Under the pieces are notes generated by a model. That model saw nothing but the letters and a program-made list of their open reading frames with translations. It had not been told where the DNA came from and made no database searches. Shown piece after piece: positions 14,600-29,079 of a stretch of DNA of 64,000 bases (position 1 is its first letter; every line of letters begins with the position of its first letter). This DNA comes from Octopus vulgaris (Eukaryota). The stretch spans positions 5,394,001 through 5,458,000 of the forward strand of contig OX597830.1 of the NCBI GenBank assembly GCA_951406725.2, in the 5' to 3' direction. The position numbers and the translations under genes were made by a program.

Positions 14600-15165
14600 A
14601 TAGGGTGGACGAAACCATTGCCTATATCACGAACGAATGCCCTAGACTTGCCCCAAACCATTACAAGTGGTGACACGACAAAGTAGCGAAAGTGCTACAC
14701 TAGAAACTGTACAATAAATTGGGGCTACGAGAGGCAAGACGCAGAGAGTGGTGGAGTCGGAGACTTGCAAATTCCTCTGGGATTTTCCAATCCAAACAAA
14801 TCAGGTGTTAGAACATAACAGAACGGACCTAGTAGTGGTCGACAAGATGCGCCACATGTGATATATAGCTGATGTTGCGTGCCGCTTTGACCCACAATGA
14901 GTCAAGAAGGAAGACGAAAAGATAGATAAATACAACCTTCTTAAGTACGAAATAGCCCGGCTATGGAAAATTAAGAAGGTGAAGATAGTGCCAATTATTG
15001 ATGTATCAGAAGGCACCAAAGGGGAATATGAAGGAAATTGAAATAGAGTGCCCAGTAGAGCTGTTACAAAAGGTTTGCTTCCTTGGTGCAGCCAGAATAA
15101 TCAGGAATGTATTAGATAGTTGAAGAGGACGGATAGCATGGTACCGTAGGCTGTAGGTAGCAAGC
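14600..15165 (+). mobile_element. Dong/R4-like LINE 3' fragment (CCHC remnant plus RLE)
   Basis: CPRLAPNHYKW*HDKVAKVLH...FLWDFPIQTNQVLEHNRTDLVVVDK...KIDKYNLLKYEIARLWKIKKVKIVPII. It runs into (ACT)/(AAT)n. Confidence 0.88.
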
Positions 15166-15174
15166 CTGCTGCTG

Positions 15175-15238
<64 letters not shown>

Positions 15239-15382
15239 AACTACTACTACTACTACTAATAATAATAATAACAATAACAATAATAATAACAATAATAATA
15301 ATAATAATGATAATAATAATAATAATAATAATAATGATGATAATAATAATAGTAGTAGTAGTAGTAGTAGTAGTAATAGTAA

Positions 15383-15439
<57 letters not shown>

Positions 15440-15440
15440 C

Positions 15441-15496
<56 letters not shown>

Positions 15497-16037
15497 GAGG
15501 CAGTGGCTCTCATGGCTTCTGATCTTAACTGATTGGAAGTGTTATCATAATACATTGTTTTGTCTTGGTATAAAAGATGGGCTACAGCAAATATTCTGCT
15601 CAATACCACAGATTTGCTTGTCAGTTGTTTGACTTTAATCAGTTGAGCATGTCCCTTAGTGGCTGACGATATGCGCATCTCTGATCACGAGCAGAAGTAG
15701 TGGGGGAGCATCATAGCCATGTGTTGAGAGGGATTCTTTGTGGTTTGAATAATTCACCTCTGGAAACATGGGTGGTTCTTTCAACATCCTTAAACCACCC
15801 TCATTCAGGGACCTTTTGAGTGGGATGGGCTACTCAACCAGAAGAAAATTCTAACTGGGCCCCATTTGCAAGGTCATGTGCTGTTTATCTTGATATTAGA
15901 TCACCATGTCGCGCACATATGGTTGTGATGCATGTGCCTGGTGTACCTGTATCAGACGGGTAGTCATGATGGGTATACTTGGGCTTCGTATATTTTACCC
16001 CAGTGTCACTTTGATGGCATGAACTGCTCTCTCACTC

Positions 16038-16040
<3 letters not shown>
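15497..16040 (+). mobile_element. Non-coding interspersed retroelement 3' segment embedded in (TAA)n
   Basis: About 540 bp of complex sequence with sharp edges and (TAA)n on both sides, as expected for TAA-targeting Dong-type insertions. The family assignment is inference. Confidence 0.6.
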
Positions 16041-16108
<68 letters not shown>

Positions 16109-16773
16109 TAAAACCAGCAATTAAGGTGGAGGGGCGTAGTTGATAAGATCGAACCCAGTGCTCAACTTGTACTTGTTTTTCGACCCCGGCGTAATTTGAA
16201 CTTAGAACATGAAGACGGACGAAATAGTCCTATGCATTTTCTCCGGCATGCCAATGATTTTGTCAACTCACTAACGCTCCCATAAAAACGTAAACACATT
16301 AGTAGGGTTGTTGTCTATTATATCAGGCCATAACTTGCTTAGAAATGTATTTCATCTCCCTCGCAAGTCTCTAAGACAATATAGACTACAGCAGGGTTTG
16401 CGATTACTGCCGGCATCTCATGCTGAGGTGAACTTTACAAGTTTTGAATGTGTACATGCCACAGAAGGCAGGAAACTATGTTTCATAGTCAACGTTCTAT
16501 CATATGCTTGACCGCATCATCCCTATTGTTACAAGCTGGGGCTTCATCTCAATCAATGACAGTGTTTTCTAATGGACAGTTTTTAATTTGTTTATATCAC
16601 CAACCAATTAGTGGACAAATATTAATTTCACGTAACAGTAAGCAATTAATATTTCATTCGTGTCTCTAGAGTAATTAGCGAGAAGCCAGCTGCTTTTCCA
16701 TTGCAAGGCATGTATTCAGTGTAGCTGTTTATTAGCGTGCTATGAGCATTTATTTGACTCTCCGGAGATACCC

Positions 16774-16897
<124 letters not shown>

Positions 16898-17289
16898 GTG
16901 TCTGGCTGTCTCTCTGTCTGTCTCTCTGTCTGTTAACATAATCAACATAATTAGCTTTAACGAGGGTATGGAACAAAAGAAAATACCAAGTAGGAGGCGT
17001 GTCTAATAATTTAATAAGGTTTGAGTTTTTAAAAAAAATATTTACAAAAGTGAACGAACATTTAAATGTTTACTTTTTCTATTGTTTTGGTTGTTTGAAT
17101 ATACTGTACAATCTTATATAAAGGGTTACCTTCTATTGCTCTTGGCCCTTAACTCTAGATGGATTTTTTAGGGCACTGTAGGAACGTAGTCGTATCGTGG
17201 ATATTTTTTTCGACCTGGAAGATCTTTCCAAATCTGAACACAAGTGCTAACTTCTGGTAAAAGAGACAGGCAGACAGAAAAGAAGAACT

Positions 17290-18215
17290 CGATAAAGAGA
17301 AGAGTCGAACATATTACTGGACCCTGAGACAATCAAGTAAAAGATTTTGCGTTACATTCTTGCCCCATATCTTATCAAAGCGACCGTCCACCTGTTAATT
17401 GCTCACATCTTGCCTTTTATCTTCGATTGGAACACAAGCCGACTTCTCCTCAAATACTCTTTCCCTTACATTTCTTTCATCTCGAATTCATTCATGTTAA
17501 CTCTTTTAAGGATACCCAGGTACTTATATCCTTCCTCTCCGGCTTTCTTTATAGTTTCACCATTTCCAGCTTGATCCCAAGGCTTTTACTGATTTTCCCT
17601 CTTTTGAAAATCCTTACACCACATTTATCCATCCGAAATTCCCTACCAATATCTTTGCTAATCCTCTGCACAGTTGCCGTCAAACTCTCAATTTCTTTCT
17701 CAGTCTTAGCGAATAGCTTTAGGTCATCCATAAACCACAGGTTGTTTAGTTTCACCCTGCCTAGCATGTACCCTATGTACATCTTTCTTTAAACGCTCGT
17801 TAGTGACAGCATGCAAACAACACATAGGAGAGGCGACAGACTGTCTCCTTGAAAGATTCCACTTTTGAAATTTACCTCTCCCAACATGTCTCCCCATGAT
17901 GTGAGTTTGCCATGTTGTCATTGAGTTTTGTATCAACTTCAGGATATTATGTGAGACCTTAAGCAGTTTAAGTAATTCAGTAATCCACGAGTGTGGGACC
18001 ATGTCATATGCTTTCCTGTAGTCCACCCATGCCATCGCCAAATTTGTGCGTCTCTTCTTGCAGTCAGTCAGGACAGTACTATCGATTAGTAATTGATCCT
18101 TCGTTCCTCTGCTCCTACGTCTACACCCTTTTTGTTCCACTGGTAGTAGGTGGTTCTCATCAAGGTACTTATAGATGCTGTTTGATATGATGCCCGTCAT
18201 CAGTTTCCTTACTAT
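17290..18215 (-). mobile_element. Dong/R4-like LINE reverse-transcriptase fragment (frameshifted)
   Basis: [42 protein letters not shown]...[17 protein letters not shown], then [14 protein letters not shown] (YxDD-type catalytic motif) in another frame. Confidence 0.93.
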
Positions 18216-18216
18216 C

Positions 18217-18219
18217 ATA

Positions 18220-18253
<34 letters not shown>

Positions 18254-18530
18254 GGTTTTTTCCTTCTTTCTTCAAATTTTCTTTCGTTTCTCGCCGAGTG
18301 TTTTCCATACACCTAGGGCAGAGAAGCTCATTGTATGCATTCCCGGATTACACGCGCAAATTCACAGATAAAATATGTATTTAAAAATTAATGAATAAAT
18401 AAATTCATGAATGGATGTTGTTTTCACAGCGATAATGCTCTTCTCAGTACATGAGCCGTTCCAGTTAATACGATTTTTTGCACTTCCTGTAGGGATGGTA
18501 AGCCTAGTGTCCTTTTCAAATAGGTTTCAT
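18217..18530 (-). mobile_element. Dong/R4-like LINE extreme 3' end, 3' UTR and (TAA)n tail
   Basis: Minus-strand TYLKRTLGLPSLQEVQKIVLTGTAHVLRRALSL* is the typical R4/Dong C-terminus. About 170 nt of UTR and (TAA)n at 18217-18253 follow. Confidence 0.85.
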
Positions 18531-18708
18531 TCTTCAGTCAAGGTGTCCAGTCCATCACTTCAATTCCAGGATGTCGGCTCCCCTCGAGACCGTGTATGTG
18601 TTCTGATATCGATCCTTTACTCATATGAAATCATCACGTAAGGGTGTTTAAACGCTTCCGTCGCAGCTGTCTGAGGCGCACTCTGAATGTTGGCTGGTTC
18701 TTGCAGAC

Positions 18709-19831
18709 TCCATCCATCCATCCATCCGTCCGTCCATGCGTCCGTCCATGCGTCCGTCCATCCATCCATCCGTCCATCCATCCATCCGTCCGTCCGTCCA
18801 TCCATCCATCCATCATCCGTCAATCCATCCATCAATCCATCCGTCCGTCCTTCCGTCCATTCATCCATCCATCCATCCAGCCATCTATCCATCCATCCGT
18901 TCGTCAGTCCGTCCGTCTATCCATCCATCCGTCCATCCGTCCGTCCATCCATCCATCCGTCCATCCATCCAGCCATCTATCCATCCATCCGTTCGTCAGT
19001 CCGTCCGTCTATCAATCCATCCGTCCATCCGTCCGTCCATCCATCCATCCGTCCGTCCATGCGTCCGTCCATCCAGCCAGCCATCTATCCATCCATCCCT
19101 CCATCCGTCCGTCCATCCATCCATCCGTCCATTCATCCATCCATCCATCCATCCATCTATCCATCCATCCGTTCGTCAGTCCGTCCGTCTATCCATCCAT
19201 CCGTCCATCCGTCCGTCCATCCATCCATCCATCCGTCCATCCGTCCGTCCATCCATCCATCCGTCCGTCCATGCGTCCGTCCATCCGTCCGTCCATCCAT
19301 CCGCCCGTCCATCCATCCGTCCGTTCGTCAGTCCGTCCGTCCATCCATCAATCCTTCCATCCGTCCATCCATCCATACGTCCGTCCGTCCGTCCGTTCAT
19401 CCATCCATCCATCCATACGTCCGTCCGTCCATCCGTCCGTCCGTCCGTCCATCCGTCCGTCCGTCCGTCCATCCATCCATCCACCCATCCATCCATCCGT
19501 CCCTCCGTCCATTCATCCATCCGTCTATCCATCCATCCATCCGTCCATCCGTCCATCCATCCATCCATCCATCCATCCATCCGTCCGTCCGTCCATCCAT
19601 CCATCCATCCGTCTATCCATCCATCCATCCGTCCGTCCGTCCATCCATCCATCCGTCTGTCCATCCATCCATCCGTCCGTCCATCCATCCATCCATCCAT
19701 CCGTCCGTCCATCCATCCATCCATCCGTCTATCAATCCATCCATCCGTCCGTCCGTCCATCCATCCATCCGTCCATCCATCCATCCATCCATCCATCCTC
19801 CATCCATCCATCCATCCATCCATCCATCCAT

Positions 19832-19867
<36 letters not shown>

Positions 19868-20159
19868 CCATCCATCCATCCATCCATCCATGCATCCGTC
19901 CGTCCGTCCGTCCGTTCATCCATCCATCCATTCATCCGTCCGTCCGTCCATCCATCCATCCATCCGTCCGCCCGTCCGTTCATCCATCCATCCATCCGTC
20001 CGTCCGTTCATCCATCCATCCATCCATCCATCCATCCATCCATCCGTCTGTCCATCCATCCGTCCGCCCGTCCGTTCATCCATCCATCCATCCGTCCGTC
20101 CGATCATCCATCCATCCATCCATCCATCCATCCATCCGTCCGTCCACCCATCCATCCGT
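18709..20159. repeat. 1.45-kb compound (CCAT)/(CCGT)n array
   Basis: Directly visible. It explains the spurious 475-560 aa ORFs. Confidence 0.98.
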
Positions 20160-20420
20160 ATAAGATACATTCAGAACTTACATTTCTTCTACCTTGACAA
20201 TAAATTCCCACATGTACCTGCCATCATAGTTGCAGTAGGCCTTACCCCTGCACATTTGCACAGGAATCTAGAAGTTCTATGGTTTTCAAAGAAAGAGAAA
20301 AGGAAGCTGATGCGGATTCTCCAAATCCGATTTATTATCACGGTGAAGATTTGGAAATACATTCTGTGAATTCTCCAGCTAAGATTCTTATGTGAATCCA
20401 TGCACATACTTGTTTAGTGT
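20160..20420 (+). mobile_element. RLE-type LINE C-terminal fragment
   Basis: [24 protein letters not shown]...[20 protein letters not shown]...TVKIWK resembles the LQLLYP.YKF..IPII.GALG...LGFS...GTVKI.K ending of RLE LINEs. Confidence 0.65.
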
Positions 20421-21768
20421 GCCCAAACGGCACACTCACTCAACCACATATTGACAAACATCGGGCGCTCTCGGAACTCAAAACAAGAAGCCTTGTCGCT
20501 TTGTTAGTGACCTGTTTTAAACTCGCTTAAGAAGGACTTAGAGTTAAATGAAAAACAACATAGATACATATATACATATATGAATACACATATCGCACGC
20601 ACATACAAGCACACACATACATATACACTCCCACACACACATACACACACATACACACACGCTCGCACACGCATACATATAGAATACACATATCGCACGC
20701 ACACACACGCACACACATACACTCACATACACATACACACACATACACACACACGCACACATACATACACACGCATATACGCACATATATATGAATACAC
20801 ATACCACACACACACACACGAACACACACACACAAGCACATACACACACATGCACACGCATATGTATATATATTCTCTTAGAAAATTCTACCGCATTTCT
20901 CCCAACACACACACACAGATTGGATTACAGTCAAAAAGCTGGTCTTCATTTTAATTTGAAAGGATAAATATAAAATCTTTATTCATATATCACAAATTCG
21001 TGTTTGTCGTATCTAGACGGACCTTACAATATATTTCACTTCTTAAGCAGAGAAAACAACCATATATGAAAACATACGCTTCTATTTTAAACGTAGATTT
21101 AATTTATTATTTTCTGTCTTTTAACAAGTAGCATATTTACTTATCACTCCGACTTCTAATAACTTAGAATAGATTAATAAAAACGACTCGGAAATGTACT
21201 TGCCATCAAGTCAATAGCAATCGAAGTGGAAACTTCGGTTCATCACACACAAGACTAATAGCTCTAAGACAGTATGACTGAGACAAGCCACATCTCTGCG
21301 ACACGAATTCCAGCTACGCGGAAAAATAATCAAAGTGTCTGAAAACAAATTCTCAATGCACCCAGCAAATATGGCCGTTCACAATATGAGTGATATCGTT
21401 ATGGAGATAAGAATTATACTGAAGCACACTATCGACCAACAAGGCCTCATTGACCTGTCAGGAGGGGCTTAATAAAGCTAGCAGAAGCACTTAATAACCA
21501 TCAAGTAACTTCATCAACAGACCAAATCAAAAAAAAAAAATCATTACGGAATTTAATGAACTCAGAAAAGACAAGGCAACTTTAAAGGAATTCATTAAGT
21601 ATGGTAGCAGCCATTCGAATAATAATATATAAAAAAATACAAAAGGAAGATGAGAAGAAGGAGAAGAAGAAGAAGAAGAAGAAGAAGAAGAAGAAGAAGA
21701 AGAAGAAGAAGAAGAAGAAGAAGGAGGAGGAGGAGGAGGAGGAGGAGAAGAAGAAGAAGTAGAAGAAG

Positions 21769-21800
<32 letters not shown>

Positions 21801-22779
21801 GAAGAATTAAGTGGAATAAAATAAGTTGTTGATAATAAAAGCAAAGGGATATCTGGTCTTTTGTTGTAAGGAATAAAAACAACAACAACAACAACAATAG
21901 TAAGAAAACAAGGCAATCTTGTCATTAAAACAAAATCACAAATTAATTATATTTCTTTTCTTTTTGACTTTAGTTGAGCGCAGAACTAATAACAACGACG
22001 TCTCCAAGTATTTTGTTAAAGATTGGCGATGCTCTGCTGTAAGCACTCGGGCATGACTGATTGGGTTAATGAGTTCAGTTCTCCTCCCAAAAGACATTAC
22101 GAGTTCGATGTGGCACCTTACACAAAGTCCCTGTTATCATCTCCTTTCGTTGACTCAAGCGTTGAAAGCGAATTGAAAGTGTAAAGAAACGCCTCGGGTG
22201 GAATGCACTTGTAATTCTAAAGTTTCAGCGAACCTTATCATTCACCACGTTAGAGTGGTTGTCCTTGAGGTTGATACCCCACCGCTTACTCACTCATTCA
22301 ACGAGTGGATAGTCTTCGGGGTTAAAAAAAAAATTGAAGCATGCACCGTCGAAACGAACGAAGACCCATCTGTATTTACTTGACTGTAAACAGAAGTATT
22401 TTTCATTCCAGATGAAAATATATCAGATTAGAGTTTTAATTAGAGAAATGAGTTTGATGAGAAGGGATGACAAATGAGACGAGACAACACAAAGAAGAAG
22501 AGGGGAAAAGAAGAAGGGGAGGGAGAGGAGGAAGAGAAGGAGAAGAAGAAAAAGGAGTAGGAAGCAATTCCTAGAGTTTGTAGAGATATCAAAAAATTAA
22601 AAATTCCACTTTAATAATATAGAAGCTGGCAAACCAACCACCAATCGTTTGGTTACGGTGATACAAACCAACCAATACCAAGTGTTCCCTAGCAGAGGTA
22701 TAGGTATAGTAAACATACATTATATACACAAACAAACACACGCACACACGCACACACGCACACACACACACATATACCT

Positions 22780-23060
22780 ATGATGGGTTTCTTTCAGTTT
22801 CCGTCAAGCAAATCTACTCACAAGGCTTTGATCGGCCCGAAGTTATAGCAGGAGATACTTGCCGAAGGTGCCACGCAGTTGAACTGAACTCGGAATTATG
22901 TGTTTGGGAAACAAACTTCTTACCAGAGAACCACACCTGCAACAGGTTTCCATACAGTTTCTGTCTACAAAATTCACTCATAAGGCATTAATCTGTTTCA
23001 GGTTATATAAAAGACACTTGCTCAAGGTGCAGCGCTTTGTGGAGCGAATTTCTCAAGCAC
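22780..23060 (-). mobile_element. Two partial SINE family B heads
   Basis: tttcagtttccgtc...acttgccgaaggtgccacgcag, followed by a second gacacttgctcaaggtgc. Confidence 0.8.
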
Positions 23061-23262
23061 TCAGCTAAATTTCTCTTGTGAACTTTCAATTCTCTCGCCA
23101 TTCAACATACCGTTAGTGCAGATTCCAAGGTGAAGACGGCATTGATTCGTTAGATCATCTAATTAACAAAGAGAATTAGCGAGAGCGAGAGAGAGAGAGA
23201 TTGCGTTGTGTGTCTTGAAAAAGCACCGATGAGTTGAACTAGGTGTAATCAGTGCCGACTGC

Positions 23263-23299
<37 letters not shown>

Positions 23300-23600
23300 G
23301 AGAGAGGGAGAGAGGGAGAGAGAGAGGATGCTTCGTACAACTTGAGAGCTGAAGCCTTCAGTTATAAACTCGTTGTTAACCGAATCACATCATATTGCAC
23401 AAGTAGAAGAAAAAAGTGAAATACAAAGAGCGCCGTGTCACTGGCAGCCAGCAGACCACCACCACTAACAACATCATCGTCATCATCACCATCATCATCA
23501 TCATCATCATCATCATGGTCACGTCGTCATCACCACCATCACCATCATCATCATCAAAAACAATAACAACAACAAAGCAACAATAAAGTATAATATACAT

Positions 23601-23832
23601 ATTTCTTTACTGCCTACAAAGGGCCAAACATAGAGGGGACAAACAAGGACAGACAAACGGATTAAGTTGATTACATCGACCCCAGTGCGTAACTGGTACT
23701 TTATTTATCGACCCCGAAAGGATGAAAGGCAAAGTCGACCTCGGCGGAATTTGAACTCAGAACGTAACGGCGGACGAAATACGGCTATGCATTTTGCCCG
23801 GCGTGCTAACGGTTCTGCCAGTTTACCGCCTT
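23601..23832 (-). mobile_element. SINE family A, full length
   Basis: Reverse complement of the 38349-38581 copy along its whole length. Confidence 0.93.
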
Positions 23833-24368
23833 CGAAAGTATAATATACAATAACAGCAGCAGTAACGAAAACAACAATAATAGCAACAACATCTATAACA
23901 ATGAAGAAGAGTGATAGGGCGACAAGAAGAGGAACAAACAAAAAAATCAGTTGAGTTGAAATTGTTAGATTGAGTTTGGAAATACGATACGATGATGATG
24001 AATCACCGTAATTATCCTCATGATTATCAGCAGCACCGCCACGACCATTATCACCTTCATCACGATCATTTTGTTCAAGATGATCATGAGGATAATAATG
24101 GTGGTGGTTATGATCGTAAAATGATGATGATGGTGATGATGATGATGATGATGATGATCATCATCATCATCGTTGTCGTCGTCGTTGTCGTCTGTAGTTG
24201 GTTTCCGGGGGAAATTCTGAGAGATACTCAGGACGGTTTGACACATCAATTGTAGAACCAGCTTTGGTCTACGAGTGAAAGCAAAGCGTGTGTTATCAGA
24301 TGACACTTCAATGAGGAGCGCTGTACCGAGTTATTTAACAAAACTCAGTACATCGAACAAACACATAC

Positions 24369-24443
<75 letters not shown>

Positions 24444-24454
24444 CATATATACTG

Positions 24455-24495
<41 letters not shown>

Positions 24496-24814
24496 GTATA
24501 AATAGTGTGTGTGTGTAAGTTAGATAATATGTTTTTATATAAATATGTGCGTGTCTAACGATGTGTGTGTGTATGTGTGTGTGTGTATACGCACACACTC
24601 ATTAATTGCTGAAATTTTGTGTCTGCAACTAAAACTGAACTCTGTACATGATGTAGAGTCTATATCATTGGACTTGAAGATTCTTGAATCGTAACTTTCA
24701 ATTATTTCACTCGTTTGAACAATCTGTGACGATAAACACAGACCGGTGATTCATCAACATCAACGTCAACATCATCATCATCAACAACAACAACAACAAC
24801 AACAACAACTGCTG

Positions 24815-24894
<80 letters not shown>

Positions 24895-24929
24895 ACTACT
24901 ATTACTTCAAATTTTGGCAGAAAGCCAAC

Positions 24930-25110
24930 CATTTTGAAAGGAGGAGAAAGAGGATGAGATAGAGCCCAGTGCCCAACTGGTGTTTTATTTTATCGACCCC
25001 TCGAAAGAATGAAAGCTAAAGTTGATTTCGGAAGAGTTTTACCTAGGAACGTAAACCGGAAGCAATATTGCAGTGTGTTTCATCCGACGCTCCAACGCTT
25101 TCGCCACCTC
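24930..25110 (-). mobile_element. SINE family A, diverged copy
   Basis: tatcgacccctcgaaagaatgaaagctaaagttgatttcgg central box. Confidence 0.75.
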
Positions 25111-26067
25111 CCCGCTCACACACACCCGTCAACTTATGCCTCTATAGTTTTCATTTTTTTCTCTGTTTATACTTTTCTTTACATCTCCACTTTCCTCACT
25201 CTGCCTGTCTCACTCTTTCTCTGTCTCTCTCCCCATGTCTCTGCCATTTCATCTTTTCCCAGTTACTTTCCAGTAAATCAATAGCTAACATGCATATCTC
25301 AATGGATTCCATTCCATATCTTTATATCTCCTCAAGACAGTTAATTCATACAATCAATGCAACAAGTATATTCGCCTGAAACCAGTCTAACCACATACTA
25401 ACATCGTACGGCATTGTAGGTCACAGTAAAATACTTTAGCCTCAGACCTACACAAACAAGTAACAAAATGGTGGCAAGCAATTGTGTTGTACAACTAACG
25501 CTTTCTGAAAGATATGAAAACCGGATTAAATGACATTCAGAATATATTTTCATCTTTCTGCGTTCTGCGGTCAAATCCTTCTTGATTCTGCTGTTGCTGT
25601 CAATTTTTTGTTGTTATTGTTTATTTCCATGAAACTCCCTTGGCAACAGTTCTATAACCTAACACCCTCGTCCGGCGCCATGCCGAATTAAACGCAATAT
25701 AATATTTAATCTTATATTTCCACTTTTTACTTTCATACCAAAACTGGGAATCTAAGTTGACATAAATCATAAAAGAATTATGTTGTTTACCCTATGCCGT
25801 TCCTACTGCAAGAGACTTGTGATCAGTATGTTCTTATCTTAGACTGCAGGGTCGAATACTCTTTCGAAGTGATTTAGATTTAATGTGATGGTCGTTCTTG
25901 AAGCGTTTAATTTTTCTTTTTAAATTTTATTTCATGGAGATTTAGCTGATGTTTCTAGCAGACAGAACGGCTGCGTATACTCTCACTCGTTGCTTCTCTA
26001 TTTGATAAAGTGGGTGCGAGTAGTAGTAATACACTGCGCTTGATTAAAGAGAGTCTATGCTGCTTTG

Positions 26068-26664
<597 letters not shown>

Positions 26665-26665
<1 letters not shown>

Positions 26666-27063
26666 GCTGGTGTATTTACGTCCCCATAAATTCGCGTTTC
26701 GGCCTAAGAGACCGACAGAATAAGTACTAGGCTTACAAAGAATAAGTCCTGAGTTCGATTCGTTCGACTAAAGACGCTGCTCTAGCATGGCCGCAGTCAA
26801 CTGGCTGAAACATGAACAAAGAATATATATATATATATATATATTTCTTTACTACCCACAAGGGGCTAAACACAGAGGGGACAAACAAGGACAGACAAAC
26901 GGATTAAGTCGATTACATCGACCCCAGTGCGTAACTGGTACTTAATTTATCGACCCCGAAAGGATGAAAGGCAAAGTCGACCTCGGCGGAATTTGAACTC
27001 GGAACGTAACGACAAATGAAATACGGCTACGAATTTCGCCCGGCGTGCTAACGTTTCTACCAC
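26665..27063. mobile_element. SINE B 3' half (+, 26665-26822) tail-to-tail with a full SINE A (-, 26843-27063), separated by (TA)n
   Basis: Similarity to the other in-window copies of both families. Confidence 0.9.
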
Positions 27064-27084
27064 CATATATATGTGTCAGTGTGT

Positions 27085-27124
<40 letters not shown>

Positions 27125-27856
27125 ACACACTGACACATATATATGTGTGTTTATGTGTATGTATGAATGTATGTATGCATGTATCTATATCAGACGCTAT
27201 TGGCGCCGACATATTCTTGTCATTGCAATCTTAAACTGTACACCACGCTCAGTGACACACAAGACAGCCAGAGCGTACACAATCAAACACACACATACCC
27301 GCTCATATGCCTCTACACATGTCAGCCATTTTTCCTGACAGGAGACCAATTAATTTAAGGTTAAATAAACTTTTAAACTACATGACATTCTTTAATACGC
27401 CGTGTTCTAACGATTTATTTTTTGCTTTTCTTTTTTTTGTGACGTTGTCATGAGTTGACCAATCGAAAGCAAGACTGTGCCTACAACAACAACAAAGACG
27501 ACGACGGCGATTAGGTAAAATGATGACAGGATACAAAGACTTAGCCAAGTTTTGGTAAATTTCCTTTTGCTGTAGAACAGGAAATATTTTGACGAAACGC
27601 AGGAGAAGTAGATACTCCAAGAATAGAATTGCTTCCATTTTGTTTTAGCTTTGTTAATTTTGTCATTTTTTAAACTTAATTATTTGTTTTATTTATGTTG
27701 TTATTTATTTTGTTTTCGTTTACTAATGCATTCATTTCATTCAGGTTTTTTTTTGGTCTTCTTGCGGTTGTGGTTGGGGCGGCGTTTGGCATGGCGGGGG
27801 GGTTGGATACGGTTCTTTCTTTTTATTTTCAATTTTATCTAATCATTTACGCTGCT

Positions 27857-27857
27857 G

Positions 27858-27914
<57 letters not shown>

Positions 27915-28212
27915 AAACAACGACGACGATGGCAACCACTACCACCACCACCATCAACACTACTACTACTGCTACTACTACTACTACTACTACTACTGCT
28001 ACTACTACTACTACAACGACGACGATGGCAACCACTACCACCACCACCATCAACACTACTACTACTACTAATACTACTACTACTACTGCTACTACTACTA
28101 CTACAACGACGACGATGGCAACCACTACCACCACCACCATCAACACTACTACTACTACTACTACTATTGTTACTTTTGCTGTTGCTGCTGCTACTGCTAC
28201 TGCCACTACTAC
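27857..28212. repeat. (ACT)/(ACC) triplet tract with three copies of a roughly 50-bp higher-order unit
   Basis: aacgacgacgatggcaaccactaccaccaccaccatcaacactactact occurs at about 27919, 28015 and 28105. Confidence 0.9.
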
Positions 28213-28806
28213 AAGTTACAATCGGGACAAATTATACATTAAAACATTGTATGATGGACGGTTATTTTTACAAATTCTCCCACAGAGGAAAAGCAGGTGG
28301 GTGGAGGAGGTGTATGGTGGTGGAGAGAAGTTGATTTTAGACTGTGGTGGTGGTGGAGGTGGGAGAAGGAGGTGTTTGCCGTGGTGGGGTTTTGTTGTGG
28401 AGATGACGGTGACGGTCATAACGGGGTGGGGGACGACAACGGCGATGAAGACGGCGACGATGATGAGAAGGAGCTGGATTTAAGTGAGAGAAGGAGGAAG
28501 AAGGTGAAGGGGAAGTGAAAGGGGAAGGAGGAGAGTTGAAAGGGAAGAGAAGTAACAGAAGAAGAGGAAAATGAGTGAAGAGAAGAAGAAAGAAAACAAA
28601 GAAGAAGAAAAAGAGAGAAACGATTTCAATCACAAGGAATTATTAGAAAAGTGTTAATATTAGCTTAAAGTATCATTATCGTTATCTTGAATATTTGATG
28701 TGGATTACAACATAAAAGATAGGATTTATAAGAAACCATAGTGAATTATATTTCGTTTTTGGATTTGGTTTGCAAGATTCTTTTTATGAGTTCGTGTGTT
28801 GAAGCA

Positions 28807-29079
28807 TATTCTATTGTGTCTTGGGAGAGTCATTTTCTTTTTGTGCCTTATAATGTAACACACTCACCTGTACAATTTCCACGTTTTTCTTATTTTTATT
28901 TTCTAAAATTTTCGTTGCGTGTTGCAACCTTTTCAAGAGTCAAGACTATTGAAAAGGTTGCAAGACGCAACGAAAATTTTAGGAAAATATAAATAATAAA
29001 AAAGTGGAAATTTTACCGGTGAGTGTGTTATATTATAGGGCACAAAAAGAAAATAACTCTCCCCAGACACAACAGAATA
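28807..29079. repeat. Imperfect palindrome of about 270 bp (two arms of about 135 bp, almost no spacer), Penelope-pLTR-like
   Basis: gtcttgggagagtcattttctttttgtgccttataat...ttgcaaccttttcaagagtc is mirrored by gactattgaaaaggttgcaa...attatagggcacaaaaagaaaataactctccccagac. Confidence 0.95.
28946..28982 (+). ncRNA. Minimal type I hammerhead-like motif, U3-A8 core variant (mirror copy on the - strand at about 28894-28939)
   Basis: cta-TTGAAAA-g-gttgc-aagac-gcaac-GAAA-at-TT-tag: stem I cta/tag, 5-bp stem II, palindromic AATT stem III. Confidence 0.55.

Noticed and set aside
18644-20369. Three overlapping 475-560 aa ORFs
   Set aside because: Translations of the CCAT/CCGT array (PSIH/PSVR repeats). 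Only the last 65 aa or so of one frame are LINE-derived.
27378-27638. Minus-strand ORF MEAILFLEYLLLL... with a caaaATGG start, possibly a first exon
   Set aside because: No convincing donor site or recognisable homology, so it cannot be supported from sequence alone.
27695-28483. 262-aa Thr-rich mucin-like ORF
   Set aside because: Built from ACT/ACC microsatellites, with no domain and no splice support.
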